Of a DNA stretch of 64,000 bases, positions 10,894-20,701 are shown piece after piece; position 1 is the stretch's first letter; each line of letters starts with the position of its first letter. The notes under the pieces were generated by a model, which worked only from the letters and a program-made list of their open reading frames with translations, searched no databases and was not told the origin of the DNA. Source of the stretch: Candidatus Micrarchaeota archaeon (lineage in GTDB: Archaea > B1Sed10-29 > B47-G15); the NCBI GenBank assembly GCA_003660975.1, contig QMVG01000003.1:1-64000 (forward strand), given 5' to 3'. Both the position numbers and the translations under genes were made by a program.

Positions 10894-11837
10894 TTTGCTT
10901 TCATCCTCTCTCTCAGCAACTTCATTTTAGGGTGCTTAATTTTGCCGTAGTTTATAAACAGGGTTTCCAAGCTCTTATAGACAACTGCTATTAAGTACCT
11001 ATAAAAGCCCAATTTTTTGATCCCTTTCCTATATCTAACTAAATACCAGAGAAATATCACCGGCGTTAAAAATATTATCATTATTGGCCTTATTTTGTTA
11101 GGTTTTTTACCTTTCAAATAATCATAATATATGCCACCTAATCCTCTATCTTTACTTTGTTTTATAAATCTCTTGAAGCCGTATTCTTGCAGATGAGTTA
11201 CTTTCATAGGAATAAAATGCATTTTATATCCTGCTTCTGCTGCCCTCAATTTTAAGTCAGCATCCTCCCCAGCAGCAACAGGGAAGTTTTCATTGAAACC
11301 ACCTAATTTAATGAAAACATCTTTCTTGTACACGACATTATTTGTGACACAGCCGGGTGTTTCAAAACCACCTATGTATTCCTTTTCACCTTGGCCATAT
11401 ATAACCCTGTTTTTAAAGTACTCAAATAACGCATGGTTGTTTTCTTTTATTTTTTCTTCAGATGCTTCTAAGAAACCACCCACGATAGGGATCTCTGGAT
11501 GTCTCTTAATTTCCTTTTCATATGTTGAGAGCCAATTTTTAGGAACAAGGCAATCAGCATCTGTAAATACAATATACTCATATTTGGCAGCTCTAACACC
11601 TCTATTCCTTGCTTTTGCAGGTCCGCTATTTTTTTGCGTGAAGAAGCGTATGTTTTTATATTTCCTTGATATCTCTTTTAAATACTCTGCTGTGCCATCA
11701 TTTGAACCATCATCCACAATGATGATTTCATATAAATTTTTAGGATAGTCCTGTTTTACTATAGAATCTACAGTGCGCCTTAAAGTTTTGAGACTGTTAT
11801 ATGTTGGAATAACAATTGAGAACTTTATTCTATTCAT
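10890..11837 (-). CDS. Glycosyltransferase family 2
   Basis: SIVIPTYN, VDDGSNDGT, FTDADC and GED motifs. Confidence 0.92.
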   Translation of the reverse strand: MNRIKFSIVIPTYNSLKTLRRTVDSIVKQDYPKNLYEIIIVDDGSNDGTAEYLKEISRKYKNIRFFTQKNSGPAKARNRGVRAAKYEYIVFTDADCLVPKNWLSTYEKEIKRHPEIPIVGGFLEASEEKIKENNHALFEYFKNRVIYGQGEKEYIGGFETPGCVTNNVVYKKDVFIKLGGFNENFPVAAGEDADLKLRAAEAGYKMHFIPMKVTHLQEYGFKRFIKQSKDRGLGGIYYDYLKGKKPNKIRPIMIIFLTPVIFLWYLVRYRKGIKKLGFYRYLIAVVYKSLETLFINYGKIKHPKMKLLRERMKAK

Positions 11838-11838
11838 T

Positions 11839-12951
11839 TTACTCCTTCCTGCACTTTTTTGCTACATCTTCAAAAAATTTGAAATATCTTTTCCTAACCT
11901 CCTCAACACTAAAATACTTGGCCCTTTTCTTGCCTTTCTCAATGAGCCTTCTTCTTAATTTGTCATCTGTTAATACTTTCACGATAGCTTTTCCTAGTTC
12001 ATCAGAATTTTTTGGTTTTACAACAATTGCTGCATCACCTACAACCCACGGGATTGAGCCGGAGCTTGCTGTTATGACTGGTGTCTCGCATGCCATTGCC
12101 TCTATTAAAGCAAATCCAAATTGTTCTGCCCATTTTTTGGTTCTATAACTAGGATAAAGAAAAACATCCGCTGTATTATATAACATAGGCATCTTCTCTC
12201 TTGGAACCCAATTTATTATAGTTACTCTATCTTCCACCCCTTTTTTTCTTATTTCCTCTTTTAACCTCTCTTCCAGCTCACCCTTACCAACAAAGAGATA
12301 ATGTGCATTATCCACATTTTTTAGGACTTCTCCCATGCTATTTATAATATACAAAAGACCTTTTTGAGGCACGAAACGACCAGCATAAAGGATAACTTTT
12401 TTTCCTTTAAGTTTTAGCTCCTTTCTTAGATCTCCCTTTTTTTTACTAAATTCCTTTATATCCACAGCCCCCAGAGGGTCTATATGGTGAAGACATTTTG
12501 CACCTTTCCTTTTATAAATCTCCCAGCCCTCTGGATTGCCATTTATCAGTCCCTCTATGCCTTTAATGTTCCTTTTTTCGAACCTGCTGAAAGGAAATGG
12601 CAGGTCCTTATCAAGGTTTTCCCACATAGCGATTACATGCGGAATTTTAAATTTGTTTGCTATCATCTCATTATTTGTTACAAGTAATGACCATGGCTCT
12701 GCCATAGTAAAAATAAGGTCTGGCTTTAATTCCTTAACATATTTCGATACGCAAGGTATAAAATACAGGCTCGCGTTCCCATGGAATTTATCATCACAAA
12801 AATGAAAATGAATACTATCATAATCTTTAGGTAATCTAAAGACGTTTTGCCATTTCTTTGGTGTGATGATGTGTACTTCGTGTTTTTTACTTTCAAGTAT
12901 TCTATATTGCCTACTATGCATTAATGGATAGCCAACTGCGACAATCTTCAT
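11839..12951 (-). CDS. Glycosyltransferase family 4
   Basis: GRFVPQKG and EQFGFALIEAMAC motifs. Confidence 0.92.
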   Translation of the reverse strand: MKIVAVGYPLMHSRQYRILESKKHEVHIITPKKWQNVFRLPKDYDSIHFHFCDDKFHGNASLYFIPCVSKYVKELKPDLIFTMAEPWSLLVTNNEMIANKFKIPHVIAMWENLDKDLPFPFSRFEKRNIKGIEGLINGNPEGWEIYKRKGAKCLHHIDPLGAVDIKEFSKKKGDLRKELKLKGKKVILYAGRFVPQKGLLYIINSMGEVLKNVDNAHYLFVGKGELEERLKEEIRKKGVEDRVTIINWVPREKMPMLYNTADVFLYPSYRTKKWAEQFGFALIEAMACETPVITASSGSIPWVVGDAAIVVKPKNSDELGKAIVKVLTDDKLRRRLIEKGKKRAKYFSVEEVRKRYFKFFEDVAKKCRKE

Positions 12952-13058
12952 AAAAACCCCTCCTACCTAACGATTTAAATAACGAGAATATTACTATGTT
13001 TTACTTTTATAAGTATTTGCTTTTTATAATAATTAACCTATATCTATTGGGGATTGTT

Positions 13059-14168
13059 ATGCATATTGTTATGGCAACTCATGATTTTCCACCAAAGACG
13101 GGGGGTATATCCTCCCATGTATATGATTTATCCAGAACAATGGTTAGCATGGGCCATGAGGTTACAGTTATAACCCCTGATATCTGGGCAAATAAAGGAA
13201 AGGGGAAGATAGAAGGGCTTAATACTATCAGGTTGCATAGAGCCACAGCACACTGGCCAAGCGCAATGTTGTACATAATCAGGGCAAGTAGATTAATAAA
13301 CGCCTTGAAAGTAGACATTGTTCATTATCACAACTTGCTGCCAGAGGCTTTGATAAGTAAACTGACAAAGCATAGGCCACGCATCTTCACAGCCCATGAG
13401 TCACGTTTTTTGAAGATGGCCGAAAAAAGGTATAATCACTTGCTTTTGCGATGGCTTTTACACCATTACGATTTTATTATAGCTCCAAGCCAGGAATTAA
13501 TTAACACAGCAAGTAGTTTAGGCTTTCCAAGTAAAAGAACAATGTTTATCCCGAACGGTGTTGATGATAAGAAGTTTAATCCAGAGATAGACGGCACTCG
13601 AATTAGAAGAAAGTATAAGATAGGCAATAAAAAACTTATATTAGTGCCTCGCCGATTGGTGGAAAAAAACGGTGTTGTATATCTTGTAAGAGCCATACCT
13701 GAAATAAGAAAACATTACAAAAATTTCAAAGTATTAATTGCAGGCGATGGACCAGAAAGAAGTCGAATCCAAAAAGAGGCGCTAAGGCTTAATATATTAC
13801 AACATATTATCTTTGCAGGAAATATAGATTATGAAGAAATGCCATTTTACTATGCAGCTGCAAATATTGTTGTGTTGCCTTCCCTAAAAGAAGCAACTAG
13901 TATTGCTGGTTTGGAGGCGATGGCTTGTGGCAAGCCGTTGGTGGGAACTAATGTGGGTGGTATTCCTGCCATCATTGATAACAACGAGACAGGTCTTTTA
14001 GTTCCTCCAAGAGATCCACATTCACTTGCAGAAGCAGTCATTAAGTTGCTGATTGACAATAAATTAAGTTTGTTTTTTGGCAGGAAAGGGAGACAAAAGG
14101 CAATTAAAGAATTCAGTTGGAAAGTTATAGCAAAAAGAACTCTAGAAGTCTATAAGAGGTGCATATAA
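13059..14168 (+). CDS. Glycosyltransferase family 4
   Basis: DFPPKTGG, IPNGVD and EATSIAGLEAMACGKP motifs; start at MHIVMA. Confidence 0.92.
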   Translation: MHIVMATHDFPPKTGGISSHVYDLSRTMVSMGHEVTVITPDIWANKGKGKIEGLNTIRLHRATAHWPSAMLYIIRASRLINALKVDIVHYHNLLPEALISKLTKHRPRIFTAHESRFLKMAEKRYNHLLLRWLLHHYDFIIAPSQELINTASSLGFPSKRTMFIPNGVDDKKFNPEIDGTRIRRKYKIGNKKLILVPRRLVEKNGVVYLVRAIPEIRKHYKNFKVLIAGDGPERSRIQKEALRLNILQHIIFAGNIDYEEMPFYYAAANIVVLPSLKEATSIAGLEAMACGKPLVGTNVGGIPAIIDNNETGLLVPPRDPHSLAEAVIKLLIDNKLSLFFGRKGRQKAIKEFSWKVIAKRTLEVYKRCI

Positions 14169-14169
14169 T

Positions 14170-15255
14170 ATGATATATATTGTAATCGGCACTAGACCAG
14201 AGATAATTAAAATGAGTCCAATAATACAGCTCTGCGATCGAAAACACATAGCTTATAAAGTGGTGCATACAAATCAACATTATTCGTATGAGCTGGATGA
14301 AATTTTTTTTAAGGACCTTGATTTGCCTACCCCAGATTACAATCTAAAAGTTGGTTCAGGTAGCCATGGAAAACAAATGGCTAAGATTATAGAAAAAACA
14401 GAAAAAATATTTCTAAGTGGAAAACCCGACATTGTGTTAGTGGAAGGAGATACAAATACAGTGTTTGGGGCAGCTTTTTCAGCTTCGCGTTTGCAAATCC
14501 CAGTAGGTCATGTTGAAGCAGGTTTGCGTAGTGGGGATATGACTATGCCAGAAGAGGTAAATAGAATACTAACTGATCACATCTCGTCACTGCTTTTCGC
14601 TCCAACAGAGATTTCTAAGAACAACCTGCTGCGTGAAGGCATCAGCAAAAACATCTATGTGGTAGGGAATTCAATAGTAGATGCTACGTATCGGAATATT
14701 TTGATAGCAGAAAAAAAATCTAAAATATTGGAAGAATTTGACTTTGATAAGCACAATTATATACTTTTAACAGCACATAGGGCTGAAAACGTGGATAATC
14801 CACAGAGATTATTAAACATTGTTAAATCCATTGAGCTGATATCTCAAAAGCTTGATACTCCTATGCTTTATCCAATACATCCACGAACAGTAAAACGCTT
14901 AAAAGAATTTGGTTATTACAGCAGACTTATGTCTATATCAAAACTTGTTATAACCAAGCCATTGGGATACCTAGATTTCCTGGTATTGGAAAAAAATGCG
15001 TTAGTGGTGATTACAGACTCTGGAGGTGTACAAGAAGAAAGTTGCATTCTCCAAGTGCCTTGTGTGACTATAAGAGACAACACAGAGAGACCAGAAACCC
15101 TTAATGTTGGGGCAAATATGCTTGCTGGAACAGAGCCAAAGAAAGTTTTGGAAGCAGTTCAAACTTCTGTAAATAAAAAAAGAGACTGGACAAATCCATT
15201 TGGGGATGGAAAAACCTCCAAGAGAATACTTGATATTATTATCTCTAGAGATTAA
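14170..15255 (+). CDS. wecB: UDP-N-acetylglucosamine 2-epimerase (non-hydrolysing)
   Basis: GTRPEIIK, HVEAGLRS, PEE, TDSGGVQEE and RDNTERPE motifs. Confidence 0.96.
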   Translation: MIYIVIGTRPEIIKMSPIIQLCDRKHIAYKVVHTNQHYSYELDEIFFKDLDLPTPDYNLKVGSGSHGKQMAKIIEKTEKIFLSGKPDIVLVEGDTNTVFGAAFSASRLQIPVGHVEAGLRSGDMTMPEEVNRILTDHISSLLFAPTEISKNNLLREGISKNIYVVGNSIVDATYRNILIAEKKSKILEEFDFDKHNYILLTAHRAENVDNPQRLLNIVKSIELISQKLDTPMLYPIHPRTVKRLKEFGYYSRLMSISKLVITKPLGYLDFLVLEKNALVVITDSGGVQEESCILQVPCVTIRDNTERPETLNVGANMLAGTEPKKVLEAVQTSVNKKRDWTNPFGDGKTSKRILDIIISRD

Positions 15256-15258
15256 AAT

Positions 15259-15882
15259 TTACCTACTCTTACAGATATATACTTTAACTTTTCCAAATCC
15301 TTTTTGGGATAATTGCCAGAAAATACCATATGGAATTCGTAGAGGTAAGTACTCCGAGTGCAACACTTTAAAATATTTGTTTATTATTCTATCCCATTCT
15401 TCTATTGGATAGACATGACAGTGATTAAATGGGCTATGTTCAACCAGGCCCTTTCCCACCAAGAATCTTATTCTTGCAACCCAATTAAATTCATTGGGAA
15501 CTGTACATAAAAAATATTTTGATTTTTTACGAATATCCTCTAAAAGTTTGTCTAATTTATATATATGCTCTATCACATCTGTCGCAACTATAATATCTGC
15601 TTTTTCAGGAATTCCCTTGTTCAAATCATACTGATATGCCTTTAGTTTCTTTTTTCTTATTGCGTCTATTGCTTTTTTATTTACATCAATCCCAATAACA
15701 TTGTATCCTTCTTTATCAAGAAGTTCTAAAAGAGTGCCTCTTCCACAACCAATTTCCAGAATTTTGTTACCATTAAAATACTTTTTAATAAGATTAAGGT
15801 ATCTCTTTTCAAAGCCGACATATTGTCTTAATTGACCTCCATCTTCCTTTCCAATGAACTTTACTTCAAATATCCCTCTCAT
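15259..15882 (-). CDS. Class I SAM-dependent methyltransferase
   Basis: ILEIGCGRG, DVIEHI and TVPN motifs. Confidence 0.88.
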   Translation of the reverse strand: MRGIFEVKFIGKEDGGQLRQYVGFEKRYLNLIKKYFNGNKILEIGCGRGTLLELLDKEGYNVIGIDVNKKAIDAIRKKKLKAYQYDLNKGIPEKADIIVATDVIEHIYKLDKLLEDIRKKSKYFLCTVPNEFNWVARIRFLVGKGLVEHSPFNHCHVYPIEEWDRIINKYFKVLHSEYLPLRIPYGIFWQLSQKGFGKVKVYICKSR

Positions 15883-17020
15883 TATATATCTCCTTCATTA
15901 TGTTTTTTATCTTTGTCATTTGGGTATTATAATCAAAGTGTCTTGCCCTTTCTTTTGCTCTTTTTGACAATCTTTTGTACTCTTTTTTATCTGTAATTAG
16001 TCTTTCTATACTTTTTACCCATGCATTGATATCGTTCACATTATCTACAATTATGCCAGCTCCATTAACGATGTGTGGAGTTCCTCCTTTGTTGGATACT
16101 ATACACGGAATACCATTTATCATAGCTTCAACAGCCATCCTCCCAAAAGGTTCATGCCACAGAGAGGGTATTAATAATATCTTCGTTTTCGAGTAAACAT
16201 CTTCTTTCATGTTATCAGTCCAGGGCATATAGGTCACATTCTTACGTCTTTTTAATTCCCCCACAATATGCTTTTCTGCATTTCCAACAGCCAGGAATCT
16301 CACATCTGGAAGCGCATCGGCGATTTTAATAAAGAGTTCACCGCCTTTTGGGATAGTTGGCCTTATTATTGTAACATAATCAGCCTTTCTTTTTTTGGCT
16401 AAGTACTTATCTACTCTTATAGGAGGATAAATAACCTCTGCTTTGACACCATACAACATTTCACATACCTCAGCCGTAAATTCCGAATTAGCAATTACTT
16501 TTGTTGCCGTTTTTATAGATCTTTCATTCCATTTTTTCATCAATAAATAAAATGGAAAGAACTGCACCTTGTATTTCAAGGGAGCAGATAAAAACTCTTC
16601 AATTAAACCCATTTTTTTTGGAGCTTGACTGAAGCGTAGGTTTAGATAAAAATGTTCATAACTTCTTATGAAGACTATACTGGGTATCCTATATTTATTC
16701 GCAATCTCAACAGTTGACGGTGTCAGGTCTAACTGTGTTATAATTAAGTCAAAGTCATTCTTTTTGAGATAGTTATCTAGTATTTTCCGCCAGTATAGGT
16801 TCAGAAAATAGCGTTTTGCCCAGCTGATAGATATAGATGAGATAAAATTTTCCCTAACTTTTTTTATTTTTATGTTGTCCTTTTTGTATTCTTTGTTATT
16901 TCCTGTTGTTAATGCAGTGACATCATTGTTTTTAGCTAATTCCCGAAGAATTTCCATAGCGCTGATCTCTGCTCCTCCTGACGGAGGGTCTAGCTTTCTT
17001 GCAGAAAAAAGTATTTTCAT
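15866..17020 (-). CDS. Glycosyltransferase family 4
   Basis: GGAE and PSLWHEPFGRMAVEAMING motifs; start at MKILFS. Confidence 0.9.
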   Translation of the reverse strand: MKILFSARKLDPPSGGAEISAMEILRELAKNNDVTALTTGNNKEYKKDNIKIKKVRENFISSISISWAKRYFLNLYWRKILDNYLKKNDFDLIITQLDLTPSTVEIANKYRIPSIVFIRSYEHFYLNLRFSQAPKKMGLIEEFLSAPLKYKVQFFPFYLLMKKWNERSIKTATKVIANSEFTAEVCEMLYGVKAEVIYPPIRVDKYLAKKRKADYVTIIRPTIPKGGELFIKIADALPDVRFLAVGNAEKHIVGELKRRKNVTYMPWTDNMKEDVYSKTKILLIPSLWHEPFGRMAVEAMINGIPCIVSNKGGTPHIVNGAGIIVDNVNDINAWVKSIERLITDKKEYKRLSKRAKERARHFDYNTQMTKIKNIMKEIYNERDI

Positions 17021-17033
17021 GGCTTTCAACCTT

Positions 17034-18023
17034 TTATGACCCAATACTTATAACCGCCAACACAGCAAACAAAGCTTGGAATGCTATTAATATCAAGCTT
17101 AATTGCCATTCCTTTGGTCTAAATAATTTCATTACTATGTGCGTTAAAGAGTATACTTTTCCATCATAGTGAAGTCTACCTTTTTTATCAGGTTTTCCGA
17201 AGTTCTGTGCTTTAAATTTAGACCTTGCCTTCAGGAAGAATTCTATTATCTGTGGCATTACAGCTATCACCGCGACCTTTTCAAGGCTTGAAGTTATAGC
17301 AGCAGCTGCGTAGACTGCTGCCATTGAGTAAGTTCCAACATCTCCAGGGAAAACCTTTGCAGGGTACCAGTTATAATATAAAAAGCCAATGGCTGCCCCA
17401 ATAAGAGACACAAGCAGAATAATTGGTGTCAGGTTATTTGGTGAAGTAATAACTGTCGCTGTTAATAAAGCCGTAGAGGCAATTATAACAGTGCCTGCTT
17501 CCAAACCATTGTGACCTGCCAGCATGTTGAACAGATTACTGCACGCCATGATTCCTATTGGAACTAAAACAAGGGAATACCATATTCCAAATTGAACCTC
17601 TCCCAAGAGTGGAACACCGACCTTACTTATTCCTGCACTTATTGCCACAAGAGGCAGGGACGCAAGGCCGGGAAGTAAAACCCTTGTTATTTTTCTTATT
17701 TTGAAGATGTCCGTGAAAAACGCCATAATGGAAATCATAAGAACTACCAATAAAGAAGCAAACAGTGTCTTTAAGTGTATTTCTGGGATGAACTTTATAG
17801 CAAATAATACACCTGCAGTGAAACCCCCTACTATGCCCAAACCACCAATCCTTGGAACAAGAACTTTTTTTGGATTTGCAAAATCCGGAACAAGAAAGCC
17901 CCTATCCCAATCTTTGTAAGGAAACTGCCTTACTTTTCTTATTACATACTTTGTTCCGATAACAGCTGAAATTAAGCTTACGAAAAACACCGCCACATAC
18001 AACAGCCAGGACATCTCACTCAC
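17034..18023 (-). CDS. aglH: UDP-GlcNAc:dolichyl-phosphate GlcNAc-1-phosphate transferase (AglH/Alg7, MraY-like)
   Basis: VPRIGG, NLFNMLAGHNGLEAG and YNWYPAKVFPGDVG motifs typical of the GPT/Alg7 subfamily. Confidence 0.88.
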   Translation of the reverse strand: MSEMSWLLYVAVFFVSLISAVIGTKYVIRKVRQFPYKDWDRGFLVPDFANPKKVLVPRIGGLGIVGGFTAGVLFAIKFIPEIHLKTLFASLLVVLMISIMAFFTDIFKIRKITRVLLPGLASLPLVAISAGISKVGVPLLGEVQFGIWYSLVLVPIGIMACSNLFNMLAGHNGLEAGTVIIASTALLTATVITSPNNLTPIILLVSLIGAAIGFLYYNWYPAKVFPGDVGTYSMAAVYAAAAITSSLEKVAVIAVMPQIIEFFLKARSKFKAQNFGKPDKKGRLHYDGKVYSLTHIVMKLFRPKEWQLSLILIAFQALFAVLAVISIGS

Positions 18024-20355
18024 CTAAGACATAATGTCCCTTTGTCCATTCACTATAGTTTTGGGGGTCTGGAATTCCTGTCCAGTTTACCTGGTATATT
18101 ACATTCCAGCCGTTATCAAATACTAATTTCACATGCTTAAGGTTAGGGTCCTTGAAGAATAGACGCTCTAAGAACGCATACAGAACAGGGGAATTAGGGT
18201 CAAACTGTGGATTTCTCCCACATTGCAATGCTGTTAAGAATATAGATTTTCTTCCTGCTGACGTCTCCAATGCGAAGAGTCTAGCAGGTAAGCCTTGATT
18301 GTTTAGGTTTGTCCCTGGCCACCTGACTGATTTTAACTCTTGCCACTGCTCTTTTGTGAACGTGAAGCCAACAGGCTTGCCTTTGGAATCATAACCTATA
18401 AGGCACTTTACTTTATTATCTTCTTCCTTGCATCCTATTTCTTGCATACAACCAATGTAATTTGCAGCAATGTGTTCAAGAGCCCCAAGTTTGCCTCCAG
18501 TGCTGCCACCTATTATTTCCTTATCTATTAAGATATGTGTTGTTTTCAATGGTTTCAGTAATGACAATGATTCTATCTCAGCTTTTTCAAGGGCTTCAGG
18601 ACTGCTATCGCAATATATTTGCCGTGTGTTCATATCTGCACTACATGGTGTGGTGTGTGTAAACGATGAAGCAACAGTGTAAATAACATCCTTGCGTGAT
18701 TGAATGTTATCCATGGATACATGGATTTTGTCTCCGTTGTAATAATCCATCCAATGGCCATAGTCCCACCAAGAGGTTATGACACTACCTACTGGTACTG
18801 CGGATGAATTTAAAAATCTGAATGTCTCAAACCATTCAGGAGGAACATCATAACCCATTGTTTTGGCTTGGGGTATTATAAAGACAATATAAGAAAAGGC
18901 AATGGCAATTGCAATGATAAAGTAAGACAGTTTTACAAATCTTTTTATTTCCTCTTTATTCACTTTTGTAAGTACCCTATCAATTATTTTATAACCTTCT
19001 CCTATGAAAATCGCAGCCCCAAGTGTAACAGGCGCTGAAAGGAAGAATAAAGTTATTGATTTTTCAGTTAGGAAATACATGGAAAAGAGTATAAAAGCAA
19101 CTGAAAATATGTCCCATTCATACTTAAAGTCTTTCCTTATGAAAGGCATAATAAGTATTTTAGCAATTAGGCCCACAACAGCCATAAAAGCAAACCAGAT
19201 AAGATAACCAAAACTGTTTTGCAAGTATGATAATCTACCAAGGAAGTTTCCACCAGGAATGGGGTTCTGCTCTGCAATTGTTTGAACCATTCTTATTTCA
19301 AAATCCCTTTGGGGAGGTGATGGTGTTATTCTTATCCCGATAAATGAGAAGGGATATTCTAAGGCCTGTATGCCATAGAATATGAAGCTTGACAGGATAA
19401 GTAATGCAGATATTATTGATGCAATTCTTATTATGTCTCTTTTCAGTAATTTAATCTCTATAAAGAAAGCTTTGCCTTTTAACTCTATCAGTGAAGCAAG
19501 CAGTACTGCAAAGCCCAATATTATTATTGAAACGTTTAGGTTATCAGGCCGGCCATTGAACAGATATTGTAAAGGTCCTGAAAACATTGTTATGAAAGAG
19601 GCAATTATTAACCATTTTCTATAAGCCTTTTTTTCAGAGCTCTCTTTATAATAACCAAATTCCTTTAGTATATATTGGATCACGAAATATGCCACCACAG
19701 TTCCTGATAGAAGTAGGATGCCCACCTTATAGGATTGCCATGTCATTGCTAACCAGGTCCATGACACTAGATTGAGGACAACATATCTCCAATTTCTCTT
19801 TTTTATCGTCATTATAAATAACCATAATGAGGCAAAAAGTAAGCATAGTCCTAAGGCATCGTTTTCAGCGTGGCCGTAAATTGAGTAAAATAGATTGTTG
19901 CTTGAAGCAGCTAAGAACAAAGCAGCCATCAGTCCAGTAAATCTGCCATATATCTCCTTCGTGAACAAAAAGATAAATACAATTACAAGAGAGCCTGCAA
20001 TAACGACAAGCCATGACGTTGTCTTTGCAAATAAATTATAATTGAAACCTTCAACACCATTGAAAAGTGCGACTGTTTTGTAAACTAGAGCATTTAACCC
20101 CCACCAGCCAAGCTCATTTGCTCCCTGGAGCCTACCATATGGATACCATGTGCTGTTGTCTTTATATGGAAACCAACCGCCGTTAATGATATGTTTAGTC
20201 TGCCTTGCTGCGTAAAAAGAGTCAAAGCCATATATGTCTGGGAATTTATCAGCAGTAAATGTTCTTATGCCAAAAGAAAGCAGAAATATTGATAAGACTA
20301 TTAGTATGTCTATTTTATTTCTTCTGAAGTAAGCTTTAAATGACATACTCAACAC
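18016..20355 (-). CDS. aglB: Oligosaccharyltransferase AglB/STT3
   Basis: GFDSFY, multiple TM segments, TIAEQ and the WWDYG catalytic motif; exact start uncertain. Confidence 0.95.
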   Translation of the reverse strand: MLSMSFKAYFRRNKIDILIVLSIFLLSFGIRTFTADKFPDIYGFDSFYAARQTKHIINGGWFPYKDNSTWYPYGRLQGANELGWWGLNALVYKTVALFNGVEGFNYNLFAKTTSWLVVIAGSLVIVFIFLFTKEIYGRFTGLMAALFLAASSNNLFYSIYGHAENDALGLCLLFASLWLFIMTIKKRNWRYVVLNLVSWTWLAMTWQSYKVGILLLSGTVVAYFVIQYILKEFGYYKESSEKKAYRKWLIIASFITMFSGPLQYLFNGRPDNLNVSIIILGFAVLLASLIELKGKAFFIEIKLLKRDIIRIASIISALLILSSFIFYGIQALEYPFSFIGIRITPSPPQRDFEIRMVQTIAEQNPIPGGNFLGRLSYLQNSFGYLIWFAFMAVVGLIAKILIMPFIRKDFKYEWDIFSVAFILFSMYFLTEKSITLFFLSAPVTLGAAIFIGEGYKIIDRVLTKVNKEEIKRFVKLSYFIIAIAIAFSYIVFIIPQAKTMGYDVPPEWFETFRFLNSSAVPVGSVITSWWDYGHWMDYYNGDKIHVSMDNIQSRKDVIYTVASSFTHTTPCSADMNTRQIYCDSSPEALEKAEIESLSLLKPLKTTHILIDKEIIGGSTGGKLGALEHIAANYIGCMQEIGCKEEDNKVKCLIGYDSKGKPVGFTFTKEQWQELKSVRWPGTNLNNQGLPARLFALETSAGRKSIFLTALQCGRNPQFDPNSPVLYAFLERLFFKDPNLKHVKLVFDNGWNVIYQVNWTGIPDPQNYSEWTKGHYVLGE

Positions 20356-20529
20356 AGGACTTTACAAATTATCTCTATCAAAACGTGGCTTTCTATTGGT
20401 TGAATAATATGTAAGGTAAATTATTTAAAACTAAGGTATACTATTACTTATATATAACTGTAGCTGTTGCATAAATACAAGGAAAGATATAAAAAACACT
20501 GTTGAGAAAGTATTATTCTATTAAGCAAA

Positions 20530-20548
20530 GCGTAAATATTTATTATCA
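20530..20548 (+). promoter_or_regulatory. Putative BRE/TATA promoter of tRNA-Ile
   Basis: AT-rich TAAATATTTATTA ~30 nt upstream of the tRNA 5' end. Confidence 0.4.
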
Positions 20549-20573
20549 TTTGCTGTTATATATTCTCTGTCTT

Positions 20574-20683
20574 GGGCCCGTAGCTCAGCCAGGTCAGAGC
20601 GACGGTCTTATATGGCACGTTCTGACTCAGTCGGTTCTGTCTGAGAGAACCGTAGGTCGCTGGTTCGAATCCGGCCGGGCCCA
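20574..20683 (+). tRNA. tRNA-Ile(UAU) with a 35-nt intron at 37/38 (20613-20647)
   Basis: Acceptor GGGCCCG/CGGGCCC-A; D stem GCTC/GAGC; anticodon stem ACGGT/ACCGT; spliced loop CU-UAU-AA; T arm GCTGG-TTCGAAT-CCGGC; complete bulge-helix-bulge (CUUA pairs with UGAG, GGCA with UGUC). Confidence 0.93.
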
Positions 20684-20701
20684 TTAAACCCCGTGTTGCG
20701 T

